Source: Phaeosaccion multiseriatum (taxonomy: Eukaryota; Protista; Ochrophyta, other classes). From it: DNA of 64,000 nucleotides. The stretch lies in NCBI GenBank assembly GCA_965112735.1, contig OZ218959.1, positions 2,418,001 to 2,482,000 of the forward strand, written 5' to 3'. Position numbers and translations under genes: made by a program. Below, in pieces: positions 37,383-49,949 of this stretch. The notes under the pieces are model-generated. The model searched no databases. It was not told the DNA's origin and saw nothing but the letters and a program-made list of their open reading frames with translations. Within the stretch, counting starts at the first letter, position 1. Each line of letters opens with the position of its first letter.

Positions 37383-38102
37383 GCAGGAGCAGCAACAGCA
37401 GCGTCTGCGGCCCCAGCGTCAGCAACCCCAGCAACAGCAAAACCAACAGCAGCCCCCGCAGCATCAGCAGCAGCAGCAGCAGCAGCACTATGAGCAACAG
37501 CCGCCACCGTCGCCGCCGCCGCAGCAGCAGTCCCAACGCCAATCCCACCGCATGTTGTCCACAAAAGACGACCCAGACTTCACCAAGAAGTATTGGAAGC
37601 GAAGCCGCTTGTCCTTCATCGGACGGTGGAGAAGTAGGTACGAAAAGACAGTGGCTGACTATAGAGCCAAGCGCCTGCGAGAGGGGAAGGAACAGCAGGG
37701 AGGCACCCAGGCGGGCAACAACACCTCGGATGGCTCTTCTTGCTTGGGCAAAGGACAGAGCAGGGTGGTGATGCACGTGGACATGGACTGCTTCTTCGTC
37801 GCCGTGCTGCTGCGCTCGAGGCCCGACCTGCAGGGCAAAGCTGTGGCGGTGGCGCACTCTCACACGCAAGGGAGCAACAACAACAACGGGAACAACGGCA
37901 ACCAGCAGTTGGTGATACAGCCGGCGCGGGACATGGACAGCACAAGCGAGATCAGTTCTTGCTCCTACGCGGCCCGGGCCAAGGGGGTGAAGGCGGGCAT
38001 GTTCCTCGGGGGGGCGTGGCAGCTGTGTCCAGAGCTCGTGGTGTTGCCCTACGACTTTGAGGCGTATACGGAGGTGAGTGCGTGCGTACGTGCGTGTGAT
38101 GG

Positions 38103-38146
<44 letters not shown>

Positions 38147-40556
38147 GGGGCGGAGGGGAGGGACAACAGTGGGAGGAAGGGAGTGTGTTTCTTCTTTGTG
38201 TTTTGAAAAGAGGAGATGAGACGAAACGAAACGGTGCGGCGAATGCTTCGGAGAGAGGGGACGTGTGAAACTTCTTCCCACTCACGCTGGCCAGTTGATT
38301 CGTGGGCAGACATACATTTCATATCCTCACGCGTTCCCCTCCCACCCTCTGCCCTCTCCCTCTTTGTCGCTCGATCTTACCTCTCTCTACTATGGACCCT
38401 GGGCGGTGTCACGCACTCACTCATTCAGGTGTCTGACACCGTGTACCAGATTCTACTCTCGTCGGCTCCCGTGGTCCGGGCAATGAGCTGCGATGAAGCC
38501 TACCTCGAGTATGCCGAGGGAAGCAACTTCGAAGAGATTGCCTCAGGGCTTCGGCAAAAGATCTTCCAACAGACTCAGTGCGTGGCCAGGTAAGCCCACA
38601 GGAGAAAACTTTAGACGGAGCTCTATTCAAGTTCCTAGCTGGCGAGTTTCTCTGACTGACTGCACGGAAGGAAAACCTGCCTCTTGACGGATCTCCCTCC
38701 TCACCCTTCCACTTGTCCTTTTCGCCTCACTCCCTCTCCCTCTCTCTCTCTACCAACATCTGTGTGCTGTGCTATGTGTCGTCGCCTCTCAGCATCGGAG
38801 GCTCCTGCAACATGCTGCTGGCAAGGATGGCAACGTCTCAAGCCAAGCCCGATGGCATGGTACGTGCAGGTGACGTGTGCCTCGAACACGAGTAACTTCA
38901 AAGACACTAGGCACAAAACTATTTGAGTGAACAAGACCTTTGTCCTGCTCCAATCCCATGGCCTCTCTTTTGGCCTTCCTCCTCGCCCTGTTTCGTGTGC
39001 CTGTCCTTGCGCGTTCCTTCAGCACTGGATCGACTTCGGCTCAGCCAAAGAGTTTCTCCGTACCAAGACCATCAGGAAGCTGCCCGGGGTGGGGTACCAG
39101 CGCGCCAAGATGCTAAAGAAGAAGATGCTCCCGGACAACACGGAGCGAGAGTTGACATGTGAGGACATTTGGAACGTCGATGTGGCTAGACTGAAAGAGT
39201 GGCTGGGGCCCAAGGAGGGCGAGAAGCTGCGTCAGAGCTCGATGGGCATTGACCCCACGGTGGTGCTTAAGGAGGCGGAGATGCAAAAGAGCATATCGGC
39301 GGAGATGAATTATGGCATACGCCTGGACAACGACGCCATGGCAGAAGGTACGCAACGACGGAGAGGGAGAGCGATTTCTTGGTTGTTGGCGCCTTCGATC
39401 GATCGGGAGAAGTACTACCTACCTACCTACCTCCGTCCCCCCTCACCCCTCCCCTCCCTTTGTTTTTGTCCCTCTCGCCGTATTTGCTTTCTTTTCTCAT
39501 TGCCAGGGGTGATGAAGCAGGTGGGCGAGGAACTGAGCAATCGAATGAGGGAAGCCAGGCTGCTCGGCAGGACCCTCACAGTGACGCTCATGCGAAAGAA
39601 ACATGTGAGTGGGTACGCAAAGAGGGAGAGGGAGAGCGATTTCTGGGTTGTTGGCCTCTTCGAGCTGGCGTGAACGTAAAGGAGAGACACTACCTGCGTA
39701 CCCTTTACCCCCTCACACCCCTCTCCTCACCCCTTTCGTTCGTTCCTTTCGCCCGTCTTGTCTGTCTTGCTTGTGGCGTTGCAGCTCCCCAAGGGCACGC
39801 GGCGGAAAGACCACGAGTACATTCGTAAAATGGGGCACGGCATCTGTGACAGCTTTTCCAAGAGTGAGACCTTGGGCTCTGCCACCAATGACGCTTCTGT
39901 GCTGGCCACCATTGGCTACAGGCTTCTCCAGAGCTTGAATTGCCCTCCTCAGGAGATGCGAGGGCTGGGCTTGCAGATGAGGAAGCTCGAAGCAGTCAAT
40001 GGGAAAGACAGCGGCAAGCAGCAGCATATTATGGGCAAGTGGCTCGGATCTGCTTCGTCCTCATCCCAAGTAGCCAGTGTCCGGCGCGAGGGGGGCGGTA
40101 GTGAGGGAAAGGGGAGGGCAGGATCATCCACGGGCGTGTCTCTGGTGCCGTCCTCTGTGGTTCCTGCGGGACAAGAGCAGCAGCAGGTGCTGGAGGAAGG
40201 GGGGGGGGGGGTGCGGGAACAGCGGCGAGCGGACTCTGGCAGCAATGCAAAGGGCAGCAAGACAAAGGGTGAAGGAGAGACAGTGGATGCGATGTCGTTC
40301 TCTGCTACTGCTGCTGCTGCTGCTGCTGCTGGTGGTGCTACCACTGCTGCTGCTGCTGCCGCTCCAGTCTCTCCTTCAGTACGCCACCACGAAAGCAGTC
40401 GGGCGGCGGACCTGGCGCCACCTTCGCCTCACCAGCAGCGACGGCAAAAGCGACCAAGGCAGCAACGCCTAAGCGCTGTTAAGCACCCTCCTCCTGCCCC
40501 GCCCTCCCCTCCCTTCAATCGTACGGCGAACTCAGCCTCCTGTTCACCTCCACAGG

Positions 40557-40592
<36 letters not shown>

Positions 40593-41530
40593 GACGGCAA
40601 AAGCAAGCAGGGGGGCGGCAGCAGCTTCTAAGTCCTGTCAGGAAGCGAAAGCAAACTCTGACTCCTCTCTCGCCGCCGAGGATGACCCCCCCACGGGCCA
40701 AAGGCTCTCCGTTTCTCTCATCGCCCCGCCTCTCTCAGCTGAGTGAGTCTCAGGTGGACGAGGGTTGGTTGCAGGCCGTACCTGAAGAGCTGCGAGCAGA
40801 GACGCTCCAGCCCCTGAGAGACAGACGTATGGCGATGGAAGTGCAGGAAAAGGAGAAGGAGAGCGGCGCCAGAGGTGCCGCTGCTGATCTATCCGCAAGG
40901 CAGATACCCCCTCCTCCTGCCCGCCAGCAGCAGCAGCAGCAACGACGGTCGCAGCCGCAACCGCAGCAGCAGCAGCACGAAAGGAGAGTGGCGGGAGCCG
41001 CCCATAAGCGCTCCCGTGTGGTGACTATTGACGCCTGGGCCAGGCTGCAAGAGATGAAGGGGGGCGGTCGGCTCCAAGGGGAGAGCGAGGCGGACGCTGA
41101 TCAGTCCATTGGAGACCGCCACGTGCTGGAAAGCTTGCCCTGGGAAGAGCAGCTTCGGTGGGCAAACCTCAGCGCCGCAGAGAGGAGGGGTCAGCTGGGA
41201 CGATACGAAGCAGGCGCTGCTGCTGCTGCTGCTGCTGGTGGTGGTGGTGGTGGTGGTGGAGGTGGCGGTGGCGGCGCCGCTGCTCGTGTTCCTCGGCGAG
41301 GAGAAGCCCGAGGAGGGGGGAGGGAGGGGGGAGAGTACAGAGGGCGGCAAAGCATAGACTTGGATGACCCATGTGGAGGGGCCTCGCTAAGTCAAGCCAT
41401 TTGTTTGGACCTGACGCCGCAGTCCCCGCCGCCCACCCTCCCCCAGCAGGGGCACGAGCAGCAGCGCCAGCAGCAGCCCAGTATCAAAACCAACATGAGA
41501 CGTGGCAGTGAGCAGCAGCACCACCACCAC

Positions 41531-41562
<32 letters not shown>

Positions 41563-41938
41563 AAGGAAAAGGAAAAGGAAAAGGGAGACTGGACAACAAG
41601 CTGCTACGACTGTAGAGCCCGGGAGGGGCTGCGGCGCCCCCCCGGTTGGCGACTTTTGCTGCTGGTCGTTCGAGTACCAGGACTTTGGAGCCGTGAGGGC
41701 GACACTCCGGGACTTTGTAGCAAGAGTGCCTCTCCCCTCGGCGGAGCAAGCGGCCATCCTGATGGCCTTTGTGGACAGGCATCTGCGGGGAAGCAGACCC
41801 GACACGGCAGAGCAGATGCTCCGGTGGATGAAGAGGGAGTGCAAGGATGGCAGCAGATGGGGCCTGGTGGCGAGGGAGATGGTGGACATGGCACAGGCAG
41901 CGGCGGTGGAGACTTTTCGCTGCCCTCTAGACATTTGA
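36472..41938 (+). CDS. REV1: DNA repair protein REV1 (Y-family deoxycytidyl transferase)
   Basis: N-terminal YMQHKMAKLR and a BRCT domain (VVW|VNGYTEPS...VTHVIATHLP...IVTPAWVLES); N-digit SRLSFIGRWR; HVDMDCFFVAV; SCSYAARAKGVKAGM; REV1-type SCDEAYL; KLPGVG; KSISAEMNYGIR; KMGHGICDSFSKS. Multiple GT-AG introns. Confidence 0.95.
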
Positions 41939-42579
41939 CCCAACTCAAGTATCGTACGATGGTATGACGTCTTTGGTCTCAAGGAGAGGGTTCGGTAGCG
42001 GCTTCCTTGTATAAATTTGTACATTTTTACATACTTGGGTGAGGCACTGCGAACCCGTCTCTCTTGGGTGACCCGGCACGCTTTTCTCCTCTCGAACCCC
42101 TCCCCTCCTGCCCAGAAAGATAAGAGCACGTTGGCGCGGATGGTGCTTACTTCCTTGACTTTCATCACAGCTGGCCGCCGCCCCCTGTAAGGCTCGACTC
42201 GACTTGACCCGTCTTACTTGAAGGCCACGCACTTCAGTTCCGTGGTCGGTGTCGCTTGCTCCAACTCTTCTCGTCCGTCCGTCCGCCCGTCCACCTCGGA
42301 CACCATATCGAGCAGGAAGCGAGGAGGGATTGCAGTGGATGGAGATGGGCGTCCAGCCTCATACAGCCGAGTGCGCCTCCTGCTGGACTCTGGCCTCACA
42401 TGGGCCGTACTGGTGGCGCCAATCTCTTAACACCTTCTCCTCTCTCTCTCTCCATCTCATTCTTTGGGGGAGAGACAAGGCACTGTATGCCAGCCAGATA
42501 GCAGGACAAGAAGGGTGTCCATCGCGTATGGAACGTAGGCGGGGCTGCGGGGTCGAAGACGGGGTCGAAGACGAACCTT

Positions 42580-43195
42580 TTACGATATTGAGCATTTGTC
42601 GTCGTCTCTTAGCTTCGCGGCACAGGGAGGGCACCGGAAGTAAGCAGACGAAGAGGCCTTGGTTGTCGGGTCTCGAGAAAATACTTCACTATTGTACACA
42701 GCAGGGAGGAGAGAACGTACGAGACGAGCCATGATGTTTGCCAGAGGCATCGTTACTTGTTCACCTAAACTCAAGTAAGAGATCCCTGTCGCCAAATACT
42801 CACCGACAATCCATACAGCAAGCATTGCCCACGCGGGAGGATATCTGAGGCAAGCCCTGGTTGACTGTTTGTATGTTCGTGCAAAGGTAGGAAGGAGGAG
42901 AAGAGAGGAGGAGGGGAAGGTGAGAGAGGATTTAGGTCATTCGTCTTCCCGTCTCCTGCGTCCAGCACTCACCTTTGCTCAGGTCAGGAACTAGAGTCCG
43001 GCACAAGGGGCACGACCGCTCGGAGGCTAGCGATTTCTTGATACACTTGCGATGGAAGGTGTGGCCACAGCCGAGCCTCTTGATCAGGCTTCTCCGCAGC
43101 AGCGCCACACCCTCTCGCTCTTTCATGCCCTCTAGACAGATTGGACATTGGAGGAGGGAGGGATCTTCCGTTTCTACATCCCCGGCTCCCGCCAT
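42580..43195 (-). CDS. Small RING-H2 protein with a C4 zinc ribbon and CaaX-like end (about 130 aa)
   Basis: Exons 43195-42973, 42864-42804 and 42688-42580 splice in phase (393 nt): CPICLE...CGHTFHRKCI...CPLCR, then CMDC-x18-CPPC, ending CSIS-stop. Confidence 0.75.
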
Positions 43196-43436
43196 TGCAC
43201 TACGACAGAGGCAAAATTTCCCCCTGTCTCTCGAGAATTGGCCTCTCCGAGAATTGATTAAGGAACGCCTTCGGACAAAAAAACGTAACGGCGAACACTG
43301 CGGCAGCAATGGACGCAAGTTCGTAAACAGGCGTAGCGAGTGCGCGATAACCCCCCCTGCTTCGCTGCGACTTGTCGAGTGCCGGGCAGCGGCAAATAGT
43401 GTTTTAGTGAGTTCATATACTTCTCTAGGGAAAAGA

Positions 43437-46277
43437 ATGCCTTTGCAGGACAAGAAAACCCAAAGGAGGAGGCGCGCTGCTCGTATCATCGGGAGATTCC
43501 TCGCTGGCCTCCGCGGCGTGGTTGTACTTGCCCGGCTGCAAGGCCATGAGAAGACGTCTGTATCGCTTGTGCGGTCGGGACCGACAACTCTGTCTTCGAA
43601 CGTCTCATCCGCACTGGAAGAAGCTTGCAAGAGAGTCGTTAAAGACCTGCGCTTGCCCGCGGGAACGTCCAGCGAGCTGGCTTCCCTGACGCAGGACCTG
43701 ATAGTACATCTTATGGAGCAGGAGCGGTTCCGGCAGCAGCGCTGTCGCTCAAGCTGTGGCCTCAATTGTGAGAGCAGTCGAGGCGGCAAAAGGAGGAGGA
43801 GCCGGGAGGGCAAGTCACCGGCAGCGAGCAACCTTCGGCGTGGCCCAGGAGAAGCGCGGGTTTGCCACTCAGGAGGAGATGGAGAGAACGCTAAAGGAGG
43901 AGGAGGAGGAGGAGGAGGAGGAGGAGGAGGAGGAGGAGGAGGAGGAGGAGGAGAAAGGGAGGCTGCAGGGGACCAGGCATTGTCGTCATCGCTTGCAGAT
44001 GATGCTCGTGTTATCCTAGCCGTGCGCCACCGCGTGGTGGATATGGTTGCAAGGCAGAGAATAGTCTTGCGTGGAGGAAAGACAAGCATCAACAGCAGGA
44101 TCACGGCCAAAAGGAAGCACCCAGAGAGCCGTAAGATGGCGGCATTACACACGCCGAGACCAACGGGCGCAGACAGTCCCCAATACGCAACCTGTGGCAG
44201 ATCTTCTTGTACGGCGGAGCTCGTGCAACGTGTCCCACCCTTGCGGCACGAGGTGCCTTCTTCTCGCGGTGGTCAGTGTGGCGCAAGCAAGAAGGACAAG
44301 AAGACTCGCTCCTCGTCCTCCTTGTCCTCCTCGTCCTCCTCCTCCTCGTCCTCCTCCTCCTCCTCCTCCTCCTCCTCTTCCACTTCATCTTCCTCTTCCT
44401 CCTCCTTCGCCTCCTCCCCCTCTTTGATTTCATCTTTCTCTTCCTGCTGCGCTTCGAAAGATGGAGGACGACCCATACCTCTCGAGTACCCCCACCATCT
44501 TGGCTCGTGGGGAAAGTGTAGTGAGAGGGTGGTCAAGACGGCAGCAGGAGGAGGAGGAGGAGGAGGAGGAGGAGGAGGAGTTGGTGAAACAGCAGCAGAA
44601 AGTATGTTTTCACGCTCCAAGCGCCGTCCTCGGAGGACGAAACAGGAGGGAAGGCGGTGGGAGCGGGCTAAAGACGATGACGATGACGACTCCTGGTCCT
44701 CCGACGCGGCGTCTGTGGCAACCGCGTTGACGGCCTCCCCCACCCCCACCGGGACAAAGACTGTCTCTGGCTTGGAATACAGTAACCGTACTCACCCAGC
44801 AGCAGCCCCCAGCGACTCAGGGTCGAGGGATTTGGGTGTGAGCGTCACCAGCCGGGCGGGCTGTGGTGAAGATGAAGCACAGGCATTGGCCGAGACTTTC
44901 TCACCTACCAGCGTGGACAGTCTCTTCAGTCGTGGAGAGGCGTTAGACGGGCAGCAGGACGAAGAGGAGAAGCAGGAGCAGGAGGAGGAAGAGGGGGAGG
45001 GCGAGGAGGAGGAGGGGGAGGATGAGAAGCGGGAGGACGAGGAGCACGAGAAGAAGGAGGAGGAGCAGGAGCAGGAGCAGGAGGATGACAACCGGTCCTG
45101 GGGTGGCAGCAGGAGTGAAGAAGAAGAGATCGCTTCGTTAATTGATGCTGCTCGGCGACAACGACGAAGGCGGAAAGGGGTTCTCACTGAGACAACATTG
45201 GGAAAGCGAAAGACACTATTAGAACCGGAAGCGCAAGTCGCAGCGCCGGCATCAACACCACAAGTGACGGCATGCCTCCGCGCCGCCTCCTCACCCCTCT
45301 CTGTATCGGACCCACCGCCACCCCCTCACCTTTCTGTATCGCACTATCCCCCACCCCCACCCGTCCTGAAGCTGCGCGAAGGGCGTCAAAGGCGTAGGCA
45401 GCAGCAGCAGCAGCAGGAGCAGCAGCAGCAGCAGCAGCAGCAGGAGGAGGAGGAGGAGGAGGAGGAGGAGGAGGAGGAGGAGGAGGAGGAGGAAGGGGTG
45501 GAAGATGTAACGTATGCAACGCCCGCCGCCGCCGCCGCCACAGCAGCAGCAGCACCAGAAGAAGAAGAAGAAGAAGAAGAAGAAGAAGGAGGAGGAGGAG
45601 AAGGAGGAGGAGGAGGAGGAGGAGGAGGAGGAGGAGGAGGAGGAGGAGGAGGAGGAGGAGGAGGAGGAGGAGGAGGAGGAGGAGGAGGAGGAGGAGGAGG
45701 AGGAGGAGGAGGAGGAGGAGGAGGAGGAGGAGGAGGAGGAGGAGGAGGAGGAGGAGGAGGAGGAGGAGGAGGAGGAGGAGGAGGAGGAGGAGGAGGAGGA
45801 GCAGGAGCAGCAGCAGCAGCAGGAGGAGGAGGACCCGGGACAGCAGCCCGAAAAGAAGAGCGGGTCGCACAAGATGCAGACAAGAGAAGGTATGTAAGGC
45901 ATGCAGCAGTCACAGCAACAGCATCCACAGCAGCATCAGAACCAGCACCTACAGCCCGTTCCCCGTCTCGACGTGAAGAACAGCCCACCGTCGTCAAAGG
46001 AGGGGAAACGGGTACCCTCGGAAGAGAACGCCGTCGCCGCAGCAATAGCTTCAGTAGCCTGAGTAGCAGCGACCGTGTGCGTGAGCTCCTGCTGAACAGG
46101 GCGGATGCCAGTCTCATTGAGGCGGCTCGGACAACGGCCAGGGACCGGGTGAGGCTGAGGAAGAGGCGGCTGGCGGCTTTCGTTGCGGCGAGGGACGCAG
46201 AGGTGGCAACCATGCGGCAGCACAGTCTGCACAGGAGGTGGGTCGAGCAACGACAGGGGGTGGCAAAGGAGTATTGA
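43437..46277 (+). CDS. Hypothetical low-complexity protein with an IQ-like N-terminal motif
   Basis: First ATG (43437) of a long open frame, divergent from the RING gene. Contains AARIIGRFLAGLRG, acidic, poly-Gly and poly-Ser tracts, and a helical C-terminus. Confidence 0.5.
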   Translation: MPLQDKKTQRRRRAARIIGRFLAGLRGVVVLARLQGHEKTSVSLVRSGPTTLSSNVSSALEEACKRVVKDLRLPAGTSSELASLTQDLIVHLMEQERFRQQRCRSSCGLNCESSRGGKRRRSREGKSPAASNLRRGPGEARVCHSGGDGENAKGGGGGGGGGGGGGGGGGGGEREAAGDQALSSSLADDARVILAVRHRVVDMVARQRIVLRGGKTSINSRITAKRKHPESRKMAALHTPRPTGADSPQYATCGRSSCTAELVQRVPPLRHEVPSSRGGQCGASKKDKKTRSSSSLSSSSSSSSSSSSSSSSSSSTSSSSSSSFASSPSLISSFSSCCASKDGGRPIPLEYPHHLGSWGKCSERVVKTAAGGGGGGGGGGGVGETAAESMFSRSKRRPRRTKQEGRRWERAKDDDDDDSWSSDAASVATALTASPTPTGTKTVSGLEYSNRTHPAAAPSDSGSRDLGVSVTSRAGCGEDEAQALAETFSPTSVDSLFSRGEALDGQQDEEEKQEQEEEEGEGEEEEGEDEKREDEEHEKKEEEQEQEQEDDNRSWGGSRSEEEEIASLIDAARRQRRRRKGVLTETTLGKRKTLLEPEAQVAAPASTPQVTACLRAASSPLSVSDPPPPPHLSVSHYPPPPPVLKLREGRQRRRQQQQQQEQQQQQQQQEEEEEEEEEEEEEEEEEGVEDVTYATPAAAAATAAAAPEEEEEEEEEEGGGGEGGGGGGGGGGGGGGGGGGGGGGGGGGGGGGGGGGGGGGGGGGGGGGGGGGGGGGGGGGGGGGGGGGAGAAAAAGGGGPGTAARKEERVAQDADKRRYVRHAAVTATASTAASEPAPTARSPSRREEQPTVVKGGETGTLGRERRRRSNSFSSLSSSDRVRELLLNRADASLIEAARTTARDRVRLRKRRLAAFVAARDAEVATMRQHSLHRRWVEQRQGVAKEY
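45588..45800. repeat. (GGA)n trinucleotide tract, about 70 units, in frame as poly-Gly
   Basis: Direct inspection. Confidence 0.95.
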
Positions 46278-47272
46278 TCGATCCAACCATGTGGGATGGC
46301 ACTCCATGTGGTGGTGTGGCCACCAATCGTACATCCGGGAGATTCTCGTTGTTGTCAGACCTCCTCTTCTTCTTCCTCCTCTTCCCCTGTTGGATACCGT
46401 TTATTCACTCTCCGTAGCTCTCCCCCTTCCCTCCCCTCACTTTGCCTGTTCTAACCATGCCCAGGTGTCTGCAGCTCGGCCACCCCTTAGATTGCGTATC
46501 ACCAACTGCTGCGGCTACTATGGCTGCTGCTGAAAGAGTCGGATGGCTGGGGAGGGAGGAGTTGTTTCCCCTCAGGGAAGCAGTCGAGGAAGCAGAGACA
46601 GGGGGGGATTGGGACCGACGGAGACTCCGGCCCTTGTTCGACGGGGAGCGAGGCTTCTTCGGCCGAGCCGCGGAGACGCCCGAGTTGGTTGTACAGCACA
46701 GAAGTACGGCCTGGGGACCGCCTTTGCTTTGGAAGCACGCGGGGCGGGGTGGGCAAGAGGGCTTGCAGCAGTCCATGCGACAGGCGGCAACTCCAGCAGT
46801 TGGTGATATGGCAGCAGGACGAGGGGCGGCGAGCACGAATGGGTATAGGCTGTGTCGGCAGCGGCGGCAGCAACCCGAGAAGGGGGGGAAGGGGGAGGAG
46901 GCGCAAACGTCCTTCCTGCAGCAGAATGACATGTGGTCTTCGAGCCTCAGAGAGGGATACGAGCAGCGCTTCTGATGTTTGTCCAAAACATGATGCATGC
47001 ATGGGAAGGCCGCTCGAGACTTGCAACATGGGGTCACCATTGTATGGAAACTTTGTACAAGAGAGGATTAAAATGTACGAAGTACTTTGTTGAGTGTAAG
47101 TAAGAATGGTACCACTCCTCCTCCTCCTCCTCCTCCGGCCCGTATGCCTGCCTGCTTTCCTTCTTCCTTCCCTGCCCCACAACGGGGGGAATGCGCCGTC
47201 TCTGTCTCTGTCTCTGTCTCTGTTTCTGTCCTTGTCTTTGTCCACCTTCCTAGCTCAAGTTGAGGGTGTCTT

Positions 47273-47388
47273 TAGTCGGGCGTCTCTTCCTTGCCTCACT
47301 TGGGTATCTCTCCCTTGCTATAGTTGGGCATCTCTGCCTTGCTTTAGTTGGGCATCTCTACCCTGCTATAACTACTTGGGCGTCTCGC
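47273..47388. repeat. 24-bp degenerate tandem repeat (TAGTTGGGCATCTCT core), about 5 copies
   Basis: Units at 47273, 47297, 47321, 47345 and about 47373. Confidence 0.8.
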
Positions 47389-49382
47389 AGGGCCAGAGCG
47401 CGGCGTTGCAGAGCATTTTGGGCCAACTCGTGCAGCTCCCCTTCCTCTAAGAATGGAGAGAGTACGTGAGTGAGTGGGTGAGTTATTGAGGCAAGGAGGG
47501 AGAGGGAGAGATAGAGCGAGATGGGTAGGGAAGCGAGGGAGGGCAGGCGAGGGGGACACATACACACACATGCGCACAAACAAACAGAGGTAGAAAAGAG
47601 AAAGAGGGAGGTAGGTAGGGAGGGAGGAAGGAAGGGAGGGAGAGAGAGAGAGGGAGAAGAGAGGGGAAAGGAGAGAGAATCAAAGAGGGAGGAAGCCAGG
47701 GTAAGCTGGGTACATGGGAGAGAGAGAGCAAAGAATGGGCCGCCTTTGAAAGAGCCCTTGGTCCTTCTCCCTGTTCCTATGGGGCTTTCACCCCCTTGCT
47801 GACCTCGCCCGCTTAGTGCCGCCTGTCCTGGACGCTCGATTTGGTCTCTTCCTCGTCTCTCCTCGCCCCTCTCTCACCCCCACACATACGTACACATACG
47901 TAATTCTGAGATTGATTCAATTCAGTCAGTATACTTCCTCTCTCTCGCGCCACCCCCACGCACCTGTGGACATGCCTCGTGTGCATTTGTCCTTGTCGAA
48001 CTTCCACCCCAGGGACTGCTCGGCCACCTGGAGGCACATGGACAGAGGCAGGCATATGGGCAGGCAGAGCCGTCGCGAGAACACAAAGGATATGTAGATA
48101 CAGGTAGTGAGGTGCTGTGTATCGTATCATTCAAGAGGTAACCGAACCCCCCTCTCCCCTCTCCTCTCTCACCTCCCACCTTCCCACCTCCGCCCCTGCT
48201 GCCCCTGCTGCGGCTGTACCACCAACTTCTGCCCCTGCCTCTGCCCCTGCCGCTGCTACTACCCCTCCTACTACCCCTGCTGCCGCTCGTACTCTCATAC
48301 TCTGACGCCTTCAACTCACCTGTCTGCAGATCTTCCTTGGGGGCAGCTCCTCCTCCAACTCTGCCCCCTTGGGCGGCTCAATGCTCATGTCGAGGGTGAA
48401 GCTCCACATGCCGCTGCGAGGGCACTTACGGGTCCACCCCATGGGAACCTGAGGCAGGCACATGGGCAGGCATGGATCAGGCATATGGGCAGGCATGGAT
48501 CAGGTATATGGGCAGGCATGGATCAGGCATATGGGCAGGCATGGATCAGGCATATGGGCAGGCATGGATCAGGCATATGGGCAGGCATGGATCAGGTATA
48601 TGGGCAGGCATGGATCAGGCATATGGGCAGGCATGGATCAGGCATATGGGCAGGCATGGATCAGGCATATGGGCAGGCATGGATCAGGCATATGGGCAGG
48701 CATGGATCAGGCATATGGGCAGGCATGGATCAGGCATATGGGCAGGCATGGATCAGGCATATGGGCAGGCATGGATCAGGCATATGGGCAGGCATGGATC
48801 AGGCATATGGGCAGGCATGGATCAGGCATATGGGCAGGCATGGATCAGGCATATGGGCAGGCATGGATCCGGCATATGGGCAGGCATGGATCAGGCATAT
48901 GGGCAGGCATGGATCAGGCATATGGGCAGGCATGGATCAGGCATATGGGCAGGCATGGATCAGGTATATGGGCAGGCATGGATCAGGCATATGGGCAGGC
49001 ATGGATCAGGCATATGGGCAGGCATGGATCAGGTATATGGGCAGGCATGGATCAGGCATATGGGGGGGGAGGGCAGGGCAGGGCAGGCTAATGAGTACGC
49101 CAAAGCCACACCGCGCCTCCATCCACCCAAACACTCACCCACTCACCCACTCACCCTCCTTGACAGCCCACCCCCCCCACACACCCGAACCCCCTGCTTT
49201 GCCTCCCTCACCTCGGGCATAAGCATCCCATTTAGTTCCATGTCTGTGAAGCAACACCGCATCCACTTGCGCAGCTCCGCAGCCCGCTTGGCACAGTCCC
49301 CCACGATGCGCAAGAGCATCGTTGCCATCTGTGAATCATCGGTTACAGACAGATCCAGCGAGTGCGACTGCATCGTCTGTTG

Positions 49383-49430
<48 letters not shown>

Positions 49431-49901
49431 CGGAGAAAGTCAAGCTCAAAGCTGCCGACACACGAGGGACAAGGCTGATAGATTTATTCACGCCTTAACG
49501 ACTTCCATCTCTCGTTGCCAAGTAGTGCTGCTTCCCAACCACACCCTCACTCCAGTCAGGGCGATATTAATTAAGTAAGGAAGAGCACATCCATTCCATT
49601 CTTGGGTTGATTCTTATAACTCAATAAAAACCCCGTACCTGCTGGAAGGGGTTGAAGGCATTCTTCCACTTGACCCTCCGAATGAACAGCACCGCATCGG
49701 GTACCGGTCGCTCCAGCAAATCTTCAAGTTCCCCTTCGTGAGGAGCGTTGAAGTCGAACGTCTCGAAATCGTCCTCACTAGCCCCCCTCAGCGCTTGCAT
49801 CACCAGAAAGAGGTGCTGAGGATCCACTACGCGGCGTAAGAAAGACACGCACATACTCACCCTATCGCATATCACACCGGGGGTCTTACTAGGAAGACTG
49901 A

Positions 49902-49949
<48 letters not shown>

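Noticed and set aside
42975-43436. N-terminal extension of the 1100-aa ORF, and the 406-aa minus ORF upstream of 43195
   Set aside because: Both rely on non-ATG starts and overlap each other. ATGs at 43437 (+) and 43195 (-) give non-overlapping divergent genes.
46405-47245. ORFs on both strands between the hypothetical gene and the LRR gene
   Set aside because: No recognisable domain. They could be terminal exons of the minus-strand gene, but the frame cannot be determined.
48462-49062. CRISPR-like array (also considered for 14512-14636 and 31855-32238)
   Set aside because: The units are contiguous with no unique spacers, there are no cas genes, and the context is eukaryotic.
48107-49383. 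Three overlapping repeat-protein ORFs ([23 protein letters not shown])n
   Set aside because: They are translations of a stop-free 23-bp minisatellite lying in an intron of the opposite-strand gene.
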